A stretch of DNA of 64,000 nt from an uncultured Cardiobacteriales bacterium (GCA_964462205.1 CAYWWW010000006.1:52717-116716), one strand, 5' to 3'; counted from the stretch's first letter, positions 33,835 to 44,346 are shown. Notes: generated by a model not told the origin, from the letters alone. Numbers and translations: made by a program.

Positions 33835-34800
33835 ATGAAATATACTTTATTGTTCATTGCATTGCTTAGCGCTTGTACCATTTTGGCCGAGGAAAAAAAG
33901 CCTCCTTATTTTTATCTGGGTGAGATAACCCTTGGCTATAAATATCAGTTTTTACAGCCAGATGATATTGCTGAAGCCTATGTTAAAACTATCGGCTTAA
34001 ATCTTTTAAGCCTTGAATTAAATCTGCAAAAAGCCAGTTGGAGTAACAAATGGTCGAGGCTATTTTTACCCACATTAACTTATGAGTTCACCCCAAACAA
34101 TAGTGCTGAACAAAAGCAATTGATTGCATTAAATCAAGGTAGTAGCAATGCCAGCAGCCGCTTTGCCGCCGATCTTAACGCTGATATTGGTGAATTTTTT
34201 AATCGGCCAGATCGTCATTTTCTTGTTGGTTATTATGATCGGCAAGCCTTTTTATACAATGTACAAACTACTGATTTTTATTGGTTTTTCTCCAATAACC
34301 GCGCCACACTTTTATTGCCTGGTGATGCAATCAGCGTGGCTACGGTATTTGAACAAAGTCGCCTGGGTTATCGTCAACAACGCAAGCGTTGGCAAGCAGA
34401 GTTCGGTGCTTTTCAATTACGCTATCAAAAACCTTTACTCTCCCCCCTATTAACCAGCACCGATGCTTTATTTGAGTCCACTTTAAAATCCCAGGGTCTT
34501 TATTTTGGCGCAGGTTATTTTTATCGTGGAAAAAGCGGCGTTTTCTTAAATTATAACAAGGGTCTTCAATCTGATATTGAGTTGGTTGAAGGTTTTAGTC
34601 AGGCTTATAATCCTGCCAAAGATCGCACTGAGGATATTAACTTCTCTGCTTGGCAAATAGATATGGTATTGACCAGCACAGATTTTGGCTTGAAACGACT
34701 ACCCTTGCAGCTTATGACCAGTGTTATTTATCGGGATTTTGAAGGCTACAATGATGATTTAATTTACAGTATCAATATTATCTATCAAGTGAAGTTTTAA
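33835..34800 (+). CDS. Putative outer-membrane lipoprotein / beta-barrel protein
   Basis: Signal peptide with LSAC lipobox. The C-terminus ...INIIYQVKF ends in an aromatic residue, the usual beta-barrel outer-membrane protein signature. Confidence 0.45.
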   Translation: MKYTLLFIALLSACTILAEEKKPPYFYLGEITLGYKYQFLQPDDIAEAYVKTIGLNLLSLELNLQKASWSNKWSRLFLPTLTYEFTPNNSAEQKQLIALNQGSSNASSRFAADLNADIGEFFNRPDRHFLVGYYDRQAFLYNVQTTDFYWFFSNNRATLLLPGDAISVATVFEQSRLGYRQQRKRWQAEFGAFQLRYQKPLLSPLLTSTDALFESTLKSQGLYFGAGYFYRGKSGVFLNYNKGLQSDIELVEGFSQAYNPAKDRTEDINFSAWQIDMVLTSTDFGLKRLPLQLMTSVIYRDFEGYNDDLIYSINIIYQVKF

Positions 34801-34835
34801 CATTTTATCCTTTAATTTCCCATCATTTATCAATT

Positions 34836-37061
34836 ATGAAAAAGATCGGCTTTTTATTTTTGCTTAGTTTTGTTTATCTTTTGACTGGCTGTAGCCAAGA
34901 AAACGGTAGTCCTTACACTCCCTTAACCCCAGATACAATGCCAACGGTGAATCTTGGTGCCGATATTGATGGCGGTGGCGGGCTTTATGTACCAAACTTC
35001 TTAAGTTTTGATGAAAACAGTGCTGATCCTGTCGTATATTTTGGACAACAAGAATTTCGTTTTCTCAATAGTCAACATCCACCCTTGTATTTTTACCTTG
35101 ATCTCAACAATGACGAAATCAATGACTTAGAAATTGAAACTCAAAAGATTACCGAACAAATTATCCAAGAAGATATTCGTGGCATCCGCACCCTCCAAGA
35201 AACCAGCTATACAGATATCAATAAGGACAGTGAGAATTTCAACCTTGCTCAAGAAATCATTCAAAGCACTTACGCACAAGATCGCTTGGGCAATGTGCAT
35301 TTTTTAGCCTTTTCACGGCAAGGTATTAGCGATAGTGAACCAACCGTAATAACAAATCCAATACCTTACCCGGTTTATCCTGCCAAAGTGCAAGTTGGCG
35401 AAACATGGTTGACTGCTTTTGCGCCAAACACTTCCTTAGTGCCGGAGAGTGGTTGGCAAGTAACGCTATTAGATGATGATGCTACCGCGCCTATCAGCGG
35501 CGAAGAAAATACTATTCTTCTTCTTTTTCAGTATATTGATGGCGGATTTTATCTTTATCTTAAGCCAGGAATTGGTGTAGTAGAGCAATTGGCACTATGG
35601 ACTGATGAAAATGGAAAAGTGAAACCAATTGTAGGACTTGCCAAGCAAATTCAAAAAGATATTGGCCTTGGCAGCGATTTCATCACTGGCGGCCACAATA
35701 ACCCGCTGGTTGGTGTTTTACAATTACCCATGTTAGTACAGAGTTATCAGGATAAACTTTATTTTAATTATCAATATAGTGAATCCATCTATTTATGCCG
35801 ACTGTTCTTTCCAGCATCAGAATATGGCCGTTGTTATAGCGAAGATGGCACCAATAGCGATTATTTTAGTTTTAGCTTTCTCTTTGATCCACAAAGCAAA
35901 GCATTAACCCTAGCCAATCAAGCCTTGGCATTACCAGCAGAAGATAATTATTTTCAACCAATTTTTGAGATACAACTCAATGGCCAGCAATTTTTTGTCA
36001 ATGCCGAAGCAGGCGACATCCAAGCGCGTTCTTATTATCCCCTAGAACAACCCTATGGCTTTGCTATGCTTAACTTTTATGGCAATCTTTATAATGCCGA
36101 GAGCAAGCAAACTTTTCCTTTTAACACGATTATTGCGAGTCCATTTTTCAACCAACAACAACTGGGTAGTGTTATTTTAGATGCTGATATTGATCGCATT
36201 TTACCTAGACAAAACAAAGACCAAACTATCCGCCTTCATTGGTTAAACCCAACAGGCGACCGCACAGAACAGCTCTTTTGGGGAAACAGCCCAGAAAACA
36301 TCAATAACAGCTTTGAAAATATACAATATTTTTGCTTTAGCGATAGTGGAGCGACAAGCAACTGCGAAGGAACCAACAATCGGGCAGCAACCTTTACCAG
36401 CACCATGACTGGCACCATATATCTGCAATTACGCACCGATAATCCTTTCTTTAATAGTCTTATTTATCAACTATCTATTGAAGAAAATACGCTTAAACAA
36501 CTACCCATTGCGCGTATTACTTCTGTTGAAAACATTATTGAGCCATTAACCTTAACTTTGCCAGAAAGTAACACCATCACTGCTGCCTTTAGTGCTATCC
36601 ACTCCCGTGCGCTAGCGAGAAGCATTGTGGATTATCATTGGACTATCAATGGCGAAGTATTGCCGGAAACTTTCTGGACGATTCGTCAGACTTTTCAAGA
36701 ACCTGGCGACTATACTGTTGGTTTAACCGTCACCGACAGTCTTGGTCAAACCGCAACCACCACCTATCAAGTCCTAGTGAGAAAACAGGGCGAAATTATT
36801 TTTCGTAATATCTCACTCGCACAACAAGTGATTGAATTAGAAATTTATACGCTAAGCGACACCGGCGCACAAACTTTCCTCAAGTCCATTTCACAACGCC
36901 TCGCACATACCGAAGAATGGTTAGTGGAATTGCCTGTTGGCCAGGTCTATGCCTTGCGCTATGCCATACAAGGCACGGCTCCCGATGCTGAAAAAAAGCT
37001 AGAAGAAAAAACCGTCGCCATCTTTGCAGGTTTTACTGAAGTCATCACCATCACACCATAA
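34836..37061 (+). CDS. Large lipoprotein with a PKD domain
   Basis: LTGC lipobox. 741 aa. DYTVGLTVTDSLGQTATTTYQVLV is a PKD-domain signature near the C-terminus. Confidence 0.55.
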   Translation: MKKIGFLFLLSFVYLLTGCSQENGSPYTPLTPDTMPTVNLGADIDGGGGLYVPNFLSFDENSADPVVYFGQQEFRFLNSQHPPLYFYLDLNNDEINDLEIETQKITEQIIQEDIRGIRTLQETSYTDINKDSENFNLAQEIIQSTYAQDRLGNVHFLAFSRQGISDSEPTVITNPIPYPVYPAKVQVGETWLTAFAPNTSLVPESGWQVTLLDDDATAPISGEENTILLLFQYIDGGFYLYLKPGIGVVEQLALWTDENGKVKPIVGLAKQIQKDIGLGSDFITGGHNNPLVGVLQLPMLVQSYQDKLYFNYQYSESIYLCRLFFPASEYGRCYSEDGTNSDYFSFSFLFDPQSKALTLANQALALPAEDNYFQPIFEIQLNGQQFFVNAEAGDIQARSYYPLEQPYGFAMLNFYGNLYNAESKQTFPFNTIIASPFFNQQQLGSVILDADIDRILPRQNKDQTIRLHWLNPTGDRTEQLFWGNSPENINNSFENIQYFCFSDSGATSNCEGTNNRAATFTSTMTGTIYLQLRTDNPFFNSLIYQLSIEENTLKQLPIARITSVENIIEPLTLTLPESNTITAAFSAIHSRALARSIVDYHWTINGEVLPETFWTIRQTFQEPGDYTVGLTVTDSLGQTATTTYQVLVRKQGEIIFRNISLAQQVIELEIYTLSDTGAQTFLKSISQRLAHTEEWLVELPVGQVYALRYAIQGTAPDAEKKLEEKTVAIFAGFTEVITITP

Positions 37062-37090
37062 CTATTTTTTTATAAACTTTTTAGGAAATT

Positions 37091-37513
37091 ATGCATTGTT
37101 TTTATCATCCCGATGCCGCTGCGGTGGCGACTTGTAAATCTTGTCAGCGTGGACTTTGCTTCGCTTGCGCAGTATCTCTACCCAACGCCGAACAACCGTT
37201 GGGCATGGCTTGCAAAGACCGTTGTGAAAACGAAGTCAATGAAGTCAACGCCTTGATCCAAAGCAACAAAAAATTAACCAAGGCGGCTCCTGGACAATTC
37301 AAAGCGAATGCCAATGTTTACTACAATCTCGCTTTTGGCAGTATTGCCTTAGCAAGTGTTTTCATTGGTTATGGCAGTTATGAACTAATTGTTTTTGATA
37401 GCTTTGGTTTAAGCACTTTTTTAATCGCTGGCGGCTTAATTTTCCTTTGGTCAGGCTTTGGCTATTGGCAAACTGCACAACGCTTAAAAAAAGCCAATCA
37501 ATCGCATGAATAA
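37091..37513 (+). CDS. B-box-type zinc-finger membrane protein
   Basis: CFYHPDAAAVATCKSCQRGLCFAC cysteine/histidine cluster at the N-terminus, followed by two or three predicted transmembrane helices. Confidence 0.5.
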   Translation: MHCFYHPDAAAVATCKSCQRGLCFACAVSLPNAEQPLGMACKDRCENEVNEVNALIQSNKKLTKAAPGQFKANANVYYNLAFGSIALASVFIGYGSYELIVFDSFGLSTFLIAGGLIFLWSGFGYWQTAQRLKKANQSHE

Positions 37514-37552
37514 ATCAAACGCTTAATTTATATCTTTATAAATCAAAATTTT

Positions 37553-38692
37553 ATGTCAGAACTACCGGCGCTCGAAAAAATTTTACCCTTGTTGCCGCCC
37601 GAAGAAACGCCTTGGTTGCGTGCCTTGGTAGCGCGTGATTATGGTGAGACTTTAGCGATTTTTAATCCACAAGCCTTTGTTTTACAAACACCTAAAGCGG
37701 CTATTCCCTGGCCAGAACAAGCGCCGGACAAACCCTGGCCAGAAATTTGCTTGTACTTACGCGCCAGTCAGCCGTTGAGCACAGAAGAGCTTGCTTGGTT
37801 AGAAAAATTTAAGCGTTTTTTTGCCACATTAACGCTACATCCCGTTTACTATCCGGGGGAAAAGCTATCCCTTTGGATGCATTGGCAATTAACGATATAT
37901 CTACGCAAAAAAATTTTTCATCACTTGGCGATGCCTTGCCAAATTAAGCCATTGATTGCTTTAGAAAATGCGCAAAGCCTATTGACCACAGCACCAGCAC
38001 AACGCGCCTGGCAACAACAGCAACAGCGCGCTTTAATTTTTTATTGTCAACAATACCGAAAAACAACGGAAAATCAGCAAACTGCCACAAGTCAACTACA
38101 AGCTATCGAACAGGCGAGCCAATTGGCCTTTGATCAGTTATCCAGCCGCTTAATACAGTTACAAAAAAATCAAAGCCCTAAGGAAATACTTTTCACTTGG
38201 CAACAAGATTTAAGCTATCAATCCTTAGCACAAGCCTTAGAAACAATAGCTATTTCTCTTGATTCTGCTTCGATCATAGCTTTAGCCGAACAACATTTAC
38301 AATGGCAAAAACAACCACGCTTTCGCTTGGAACGCTATAAAAAAAGCCGCTTCTCAGCAAAAAATCCTTGGGGAATCCTGCAAGAAATACTAAAACAAGG
38401 CGAGCGATTATTTCAGTCTTTATTATTCAGCACCTTAATTGGCATCATTGCTTGGGCTTTTGGCATTGACCACGGCATCTTGTTGACCTTTATTTTATTA
38501 AGCGCCTTCCTTTTAGGTTGGCGATTTCAGCTTAAAAAAACCATTTCTTATACTTTGATAGGCCGCACAACCTTTTTCAAAGCCTTGAGCGAATCCTGGC
38601 AAGCCTCAACAGCTTTTCAAAAAATTCAAACCCTTGTCCTTTGGGAACAATCATGTCCGCCGATATCCACCACGCGCAACGCCAAGCATTAG
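37553..38692 (+). CDS. Hypothetical Gln-rich protein with a C-terminal membrane anchor
   Basis: 379 aa. Gln-rich helical middle (QQQQQRALIFYCQQYRK). C-terminal hydrophobic helices LLFSTLIGIIAWAFGIDHGILLTFILLSAFLLGW. The 3' end overlaps the start of the downstream GTPase gene. Confidence 0.5.
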   Translation: MSELPALEKILPLLPPEETPWLRALVARDYGETLAIFNPQAFVLQTPKAAIPWPEQAPDKPWPEICLYLRASQPLSTEELAWLEKFKRFFATLTLHPVYYPGEKLSLWMHWQLTIYLRKKIFHHLAMPCQIKPLIALENAQSLLTTAPAQRAWQQQQQRALIFYCQQYRKTTENQQTATSQLQAIEQASQLAFDQLSSRLIQLQKNQSPKEILFTWQQDLSYQSLAQALETIAISLDSASIIALAEQHLQWQKQPRFRLERYKKSRFSAKNPWGILQEILKQGERLFQSLLFSTLIGIIAWAFGIDHGILLTFILLSAFLLGWRFQLKKTISYTLIGRTTFFKALSESWQASTAFQKIQTLVLWEQSCPPISTTRNAKH

Positions 38693-41520
38693 CCTTTGCT
38701 TGTGAGCGTTTATCCTTGTTTGTCAAAACATTAAATTTGCCTGTACAGCATCTGGATGAACAAACCAAGGTGATTCGTGAAGATCGTTTCAGAATTTTAG
38801 TGCTTGGGGAATTTAAGCGTGGAAAATCCACTTTAATCAATGCCTTGCTTCAGGAAGATTTACTTCCACATCAAGCCACCCCGGCCACGCCTTTACCCAT
38901 TCGCTTAGGTTATGGGGAAAAAAGAACTTTATTCTTAAAAAATCAACAGGGTGAACTTGAGGAACAGGCTTTTTCCAGCCTCAGCCAATTGCGCTTAAAA
39001 AGTGATGATCTTGGTCAAGATCGCTTTGGTCTATGGGAGGAAGCCTTGGTCACATTGCCCAATGCTTTTCTTTTACAAGGCATTGAAATTATTGACTCTC
39101 CGGGTTTACATGAGGATGCTTTACGCACCGCGCGGAGTGAAGCGGCTTTATTAAAGGCTGATGCCATCATCATGGTCTTGGATGCCACGCAGTTGCTTTC
39201 CAGTGCTGAACAAGCATTTTTAGAGAAATTACAAGCCTTTGGTAACGAAAATCTCTTTTTTGTCATCAATCGCTATGATGTCTTTTTGCAAAGCATTCCA
39301 ATGCCGCAACAGGCTGAACAACAAGCACAATTAACCGCACGCTTAAGCCATGCTTGGCAACGGCTCTGGCCAAAACAACAACCGCGTATTTTTTATTTAA
39401 GCGCTCTACAAGCCTTAAAAGCTGCACAACGTGGCCAAGAAGATAGCGATTTTGCTATTTTTTTGCTTCACCTTAAAAACTTTTTACAACAAGATCGTAT
39501 CCGCCAACGCAAACAACGCTTACTGGGGTTTTTTCAAGAAGAACAACGAACTTTACAACGTTATTGGCAAAAGCTCGATCAATTAACCCAGTTAAATCTT
39601 CACGAGGCGCTCCAACAAGAAGAAATGTTGCGCCGACAGATCAAACGCTTAGAAGAACAGCAGCAAAGTCTTACCATTTGGTTAAACAAACAACAAATAG
39701 AATGGCGGAAATGGTTAGGACAAGAGAAAAATTATCTTGAGAATCAATGGTTAAAACTTATTCAACAAACTATAGAAACAGCGCTCAGCGAAAAAACCTT
39801 CACTGCGAAAGAATTAAGCGAAAAACCTTTATTTGAACTCTTGCCGCATGGCGAACAAGTCTTAAAAACCGCTGCCGAAACTTGGCAACAAGAACGCTTA
39901 CAACCGCAACTTGAACTCACCCGTCAAGATTTGAAAAATTATTTAGCTAAGGAAATAGCACTTTATAAACAAACATTTACTTGGGATGACGAAGTAGAAA
40001 ATCAAGACTTACCCAGGCAGACAGCGCCCGAAAATTATGCACTGTCTCTCAATGTTGATAGCTTGGCGGCACGGCATTTTCTCTATGGTTTACCGCTGGT
40101 AAGTGGCGCGGGTATTTGGCTTATTGGCTTAAGCAGTTTTAGTTTACCGTTGGCTTTGGTGTTGGCTTTATTTGGTTTTGTGGTAGAACGGCAATTGCGC
40201 TGGCAAAAAATTCAAAAAGAATTAAGTAGTTATCTTAAGCCGGTGCTGGCAAACATCACTGAAAGTTTTATTCATGATCATGAAATTTATGTTTTAGAAA
40301 AATTAAAGCGCTGGCAACTGCCTTTTTCTGAGCTTTTACAAGAAATTCACAACACTACGGCGCGATTACGACAATTATTAAAGACAACCCAAGCGCAACG
40401 TCAGAATAATCAACAGCAAAATCAAGCGGCATTCAAGAAAAAACAACGTGAGGAAAGCGAAGCAAAAGAATTATTTCAAGCGATTTATGATCTTTTAAAC
40501 CAATGGCAACAGGTCAATGTCAGCAAAAAAACCTTATTTAACGGCGAGATTATCGAAGCCTTAGGCCAGCAACTCCCCGGTCTATTGCCGCAATTGCCAG
40601 CAAATTTATATGTTCGCGCTCAAGTGCTTATGCAGCAAATTGCCGATTGGCAAAATGAAAAAGCGCCGGCATTGTGGTGCTGTGGCAGCGCCGGCAGTAG
40701 TAAAAGTAGTATTGTGCAGTTTTTATTGGGTCAAGCCTTTTTGCCGCCGCCGGCTTTGGCAAATTTTGCCGGTCTTCTGCATTTTTCTCCAGGGGAAACT
40801 TGGCAGCTTTATGTTTTTTATCAAGAAAAGTTAAGCCATCAACAAACCATCTCTCCAGATCATGCCTTAGCGGTTTTGTTAGCAGAATTTGCTAAAAATC
40901 ATGATAGCGCTTGTTATCGTTATCAATTTACCGTGCCAGGTCTTACCTATCAACTCTATGATTGTCCAGCTTTTTTTAATGCACAGCATCCGCTCTGGCC
41001 GTATTTTCAAAAGCACAGTTGGCGGGCGCGAATTATCTATAGTTTGGATAGATTGGAACTCGGGCAGTTTTCAGAATTTTATCAACAAGTTTATAAAGAA
41101 AACAATTTATCAGCTTGGTTTTTCTGGTCAAGCACTGCCTTGTCTGCCAATCATCAAGAAACCTTGAAGAAGCACTTGGCTGATCGTTTTCATCCCCAGT
41201 GCATTCAGATGCTGTCGCCAAATTTAGCGCTTTTGAAACAAATACTTAATGCTAAAAGTTATCTTCCTTGGCAAGCGCTGTGGTCAGAAAATACTTTAAT
41301 GCAGTTTTTACTGCCCGGTTGGCAAGCAAAGCATCTTGATTTTTTTTGGCGGTTTTGGTTGCAATGGCGACTGCAAAAGGTCGCCTGTGCAGAGGTTTTA
41401 GAGGCTTGGCGGGGCAAGGTAGCGGATTTTCAACAGGAAGATCAACAGCAGTTGGAAAATAGGAGTTTGCTATTGGCCGCAAATTTGGCACCGTTATTGG
41501 ATAGCGGCCTTGGTCAGTGA
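38653..41520 (+). CDS. Dynamin-like GTPase (bacterial dynamin-like protein) with a membrane paddle and an extra C-terminal domain
   Basis: G1 LVLGEFKRGKSTLINALL, G3 IIDSPGLHE, G4 NRYD. Long coiled-coil stalk. Hydrophobic hairpin LPLVSGAGIWLIGLSSFSLPLALVLALFGFVV. The ORF track begins at a TTG at 38641; the first ATG is at 38653. Confidence 0.75.
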   Translation: MSADIHHAQRQALAFACERLSLFVKTLNLPVQHLDEQTKVIREDRFRILVLGEFKRGKSTLINALLQEDLLPHQATPATPLPIRLGYGEKRTLFLKNQQGELEEQAFSSLSQLRLKSDDLGQDRFGLWEEALVTLPNAFLLQGIEIIDSPGLHEDALRTARSEAALLKADAIIMVLDATQLLSSAEQAFLEKLQAFGNENLFFVINRYDVFLQSIPMPQQAEQQAQLTARLSHAWQRLWPKQQPRIFYLSALQALKAAQRGQEDSDFAIFLLHLKNFLQQDRIRQRKQRLLGFFQEEQRTLQRYWQKLDQLTQLNLHEALQQEEMLRRQIKRLEEQQQSLTIWLNKQQIEWRKWLGQEKNYLENQWLKLIQQTIETALSEKTFTAKELSEKPLFELLPHGEQVLKTAAETWQQERLQPQLELTRQDLKNYLAKEIALYKQTFTWDDEVENQDLPRQTAPENYALSLNVDSLAARHFLYGLPLVSGAGIWLIGLSSFSLPLALVLALFGFVVERQLRWQKIQKELSSYLKPVLANITESFIHDHEIYVLEKLKRWQLPFSELLQEIHNTTARLRQLLKTTQAQRQNNQQQNQAAFKKKQREESEAKELFQAIYDLLNQWQQVNVSKKTLFNGEIIEALGQQLPGLLPQLPANLYVRAQVLMQQIADWQNEKAPALWCCGSAGSSKSSIVQFLLGQAFLPPPALANFAGLLHFSPGETWQLYVFYQEKLSHQQTISPDHALAVLLAEFAKNHDSACYRYQFTVPGLTYQLYDCPAFFNAQHPLWPYFQKHSWRARIIYSLDRLELGQFSEFYQQVYKENNLSAWFFWSSTALSANHQETLKKHLADRFHPQCIQMLSPNLALLKQILNAKSYLPWQALWSENTLMQFLLPGWQAKHLDFFWRFWLQWRLQKVACAEVLEAWRGKVADFQQEDQQQLENRSLLLAANLAPLLDSGLGQ

Positions 41521-41843
41521 GGTTTTTTTGTCGTCATAAGTAGCGTCGCCTAGAGGTACAGGATTTAGGCTAAGGCTTCACAGCCAAGCGCAGCTTTTGG
41601 CATTTTTTTAATTATTTAACAAGTAGTTGACTTGGCAGCGGTCTGTTCGCCTTGGCCGCGTAAAGTTGAGGTTTTGCTTTGATTTACGCTATGTGCAATC
41701 TTTGGCTTTGCCTGCTGTGGCTGGTCAAGCGGACTGTGCAAAAACCCTGCCGAACCCCAAAAAACTGCCTAGCAACTTGCTGTATCCTAAAGTTTATGCT
41801 AGGTTCCAACGTCTTTTTTTCAGCGTAGGATCAAAGCTCTGGC

Positions 41844-43805
41844 ATGAGTCTCACCATCACCCTTCCCGACGGTAGCCAAAAAATCTTTCCTGCCGCTATT
41901 TCCGGCAGCGAACTCGCGCAAAGCATCGGTTCTGGCCTCGCCAAAGCCGCGCTGGCCATGCGTGTCAATGGCCGTTTACAAGACCTCACTTTGCCGATTA
42001 ACGCCGATGCCGAGGTCGCGATTATCACCGCTAAAAGCGAAGAAGCACTTGATTTACTTCGGCATTCCACGGCGCATTTACTTGCGCACGCCGTCAAACG
42101 TCTGTATCCCAGCGCACAAGTCACCATAGGTCCGGTGATTGACGATGGCTTTTATTACGACTTTGCTTTTGAACGCGCCTTTACGCCGGAGGATTTAACG
42201 GCTATCGAAAAAACTATGCAGGAAATCGTCAAAGAAAACATTGACGTACAACGGGAAGAATGGGATCGCGCTGCCGCTATCGCTTTTTTCAAAGACCAAG
42301 GCGAAGTCTATAAAGCGGAAATCATTGCCGATTTACCAGAAGATGAAGTCATCAGCATCTATCGCCAGGGCGATTTTTTAGACCTGTGTCGCGGCCCGCA
42401 TGTACCGAATATCAACAAATTAGGCGTATTTAAGCTCACCAAAGTCGCCGGTGCCTATTGGCGCGGCAATAGCAAAAACGCCATGTTGCAACGCATTTAT
42501 GGCACCGCTTGGGCTTCGCAAAAGGATTTAGATACTTATCTTTTTCGCCTCGCAGAAGCCGAAAAACGCGACCATCGTAAAATCGGTAAGGAGTTGGATT
42601 GGTTCCATTTTCAAGCCGAAGCGCCGGGGATGGTCTTTTGGCATGACAAAGGTTATCGCTTATACAAAAGCGTTGAAAATTACATTCGCCACTTACTTAA
42701 AGGTTACGATTATCAAGAAGTTCACACACCGCAAGTCTTGGATCGCAGTTTATGGGAACGCTCTGGTCATTGGGATAAATTTCGCAATATGATCTTCGCC
42801 ACCGAAATTGATGAACGCGATTATGCCATTAAACCCATGAACTGTCCTGGCCATGTTCTACTTTTTAATCAAGGACTTAAGAGCTATCGTGATTTACCGC
42901 TACGGCTGGCAGAATTTGGTATTGTGCATCGCAATGAACCCTCCGGCACCTTGCATGGTTTGATGCGCGCGCGACGCTTTACCCAAGACGATGCGCATGT
43001 TTTTTGTAGCGAAAGCCAATTGGCGGAAGAAGTCAGCACCTTGCTTGATTTAACCTTTCAGGTCTATGCCGATTTTGGCTTTGAAAACATCATGCTGGCC
43101 TTATCCACCCGGCCAGAAGTGCGGGTGGGCGAGGATGCGCTCTGGGATAAAGCCGAGGCAGCTTTACAGGAATCTTTAGAAAGCAAAGGCATACACTTTA
43201 AATTGCAGCCTGGCGAAGGCGCTTTTTATGGCCCGAAAATTGAATTTGCCTTGCAAGATTCTATCGGTCGGGTGTGGCAATGCGGCACCATTCAGGTGGA
43301 TTTTTCGATGCCCGGGCGTTTAGGTGCCAGTTATGTGGATGATCAAAGTGTTCGGCAAGTACCGGTGATGATTCATCGGGCGATTTTGGGATCATTGGAA
43401 CGCTTTATCGGCATTTTAATTGAGCATTACGCCGGCGATTTACCGCTGTGGCTGGCACCAACGCAGGTGATGGTTTTAACTATCAGCAACAAGCATGAGG
43501 CTTACGCCAAAGAAGTCGTCAAAACTTTGGAAAAGGCTGGTTTACGCGCCGAAGCGGATCTTGGTAACGACAAAATCGGTGCCAAAATTCGCAAGCACAC
43601 CTTGGAAAAAATTCCTTATTTGTTCATCGTCGGTGATAAAGAACAGGAAAGCGGCCAAGTGGCGGTACGCAGTCGGCAAAGCGAAGACTTTGGCAGTCTG
43701 GCTTTAGCCAATGCAATCAAACTATTGCAAGATGAAAACCAACCGCGTGGCCAAAGACAATTTGGCCTTGCTCAAGACGTAAACCCAGGAGCAGCCGATG
43801 CGTGA
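41844..43805 (+). CDS. thrS: Threonyl-tRNA synthetase
   Basis: [15 protein letters not shown]... aligns with E. coli Thr[16 protein letters not shown] along the full length. Confidence 0.95.
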   Translation: MSLTITLPDGSQKIFPAAISGSELAQSIGSGLAKAALAMRVNGRLQDLTLPINADAEVAIITAKSEEALDLLRHSTAHLLAHAVKRLYPSAQVTIGPVIDDGFYYDFAFERAFTPEDLTAIEKTMQEIVKENIDVQREEWDRAAAIAFFKDQGEVYKAEIIADLPEDEVISIYRQGDFLDLCRGPHVPNINKLGVFKLTKVAGAYWRGNSKNAMLQRIYGTAWASQKDLDTYLFRLAEAEKRDHRKIGKELDWFHFQAEAPGMVFWHDKGYRLYKSVENYIRHLLKGYDYQEVHTPQVLDRSLWERSGHWDKFRNMIFATEIDERDYAIKPMNCPGHVLLFNQGLKSYRDLPLRLAEFGIVHRNEPSGTLHGLMRARRFTQDDAHVFCSESQLAEEVSTLLDLTFQVYADFGFENIMLALSTRPEVRVGEDALWDKAEAALQESLESKGIHFKLQPGEGAFYGPKIEFALQDSIGRVWQCGTIQVDFSMPGRLGASYVDDQSVRQVPVMIHRAILGSLERFIGILIEHYAGDLPLWLAPTQVMVLTISNKHEAYAKEVVKTLEKAGLRAEADLGNDKIGAKIRKHTLEKIPYLFIVGDKEQESGQVAVRSRQSEDFGSLALANAIKLLQDENQPRGQRQFGLAQDVNPGAADA

Positions 43806-44346
43806 TTTACGGGAAACGCGAGAAGCGGAAAAAGATCAATATCGCTTAAACCATGCCATCCGCGCCGCGCAGGTGCGGGTGCTGGATGCCAATGGCGGCA
43901 CTATTGGGATTTTAAGTCGGGAAGAAGCCTTGGCCGTGGCTGAACAAGCCGAGCTTGACCTGGTGGAAATCGCGCCGCAGGCCGAGCCGCCAGTGTGCAA
44001 AATCATGGACTATAGCAAGTTCAAATATGAACAAGCTAAAAAAGCACAAATAGCGAAAAAGAACCAAAAGCAGATCGAAATCAAAGAATTAAAATTCAGA
44101 CCCAACATTGACGATGCCGACTATCAAGTCAAACTGCGTAACGGCATCCGCTTTTTAGAAGAAGGCGATAAAGTCAAATTCACCATTCGCTTTCGCGGTC
44201 GGGAAATTGTCCATCAATCCCTGGCCTTAAAATTGATGGAACGGGTGGAAGCCGACATTGGCGAACTCGGCAGCGTCGAGCAAGCCGCCAAAATTGAAGG
44301 CCGGCAGATGTCCATGCTGATTGCACCGCAAAAGAAGAAAAAATAA
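43798..44346 (+). CDS. infC: Translation initiation factor IF-3
   Basis: [22 protein letters not shown] and [17 protein letters not shown] match IF3. The true start may be an upstream non-ATG codon. Confidence 0.9.
   Translation: MRDLRETREAEKDQYRLNHAIRAAQVRVLDANGGTIGILSREEALAVAEQAELDLVEIAPQAEPPVCKIMDYSKFKYEQAKKAQIAKKNQKQIEIKELKFRPNIDDADYQVKLRNGIRFLEEGDKVKFTIRFRGREIVHQSLALKLMERVEADIGELGSVEQAAKIEGRQMSMLIAPQKKKK

Noticed and set aside
41627-42127. ORFs 41627-41875 (+) and 41831-42127 (-) around the thrS start
   Set aside because: They overlap the thrS leader or coding region with no motifs. The ThrRS frame is unambiguous.
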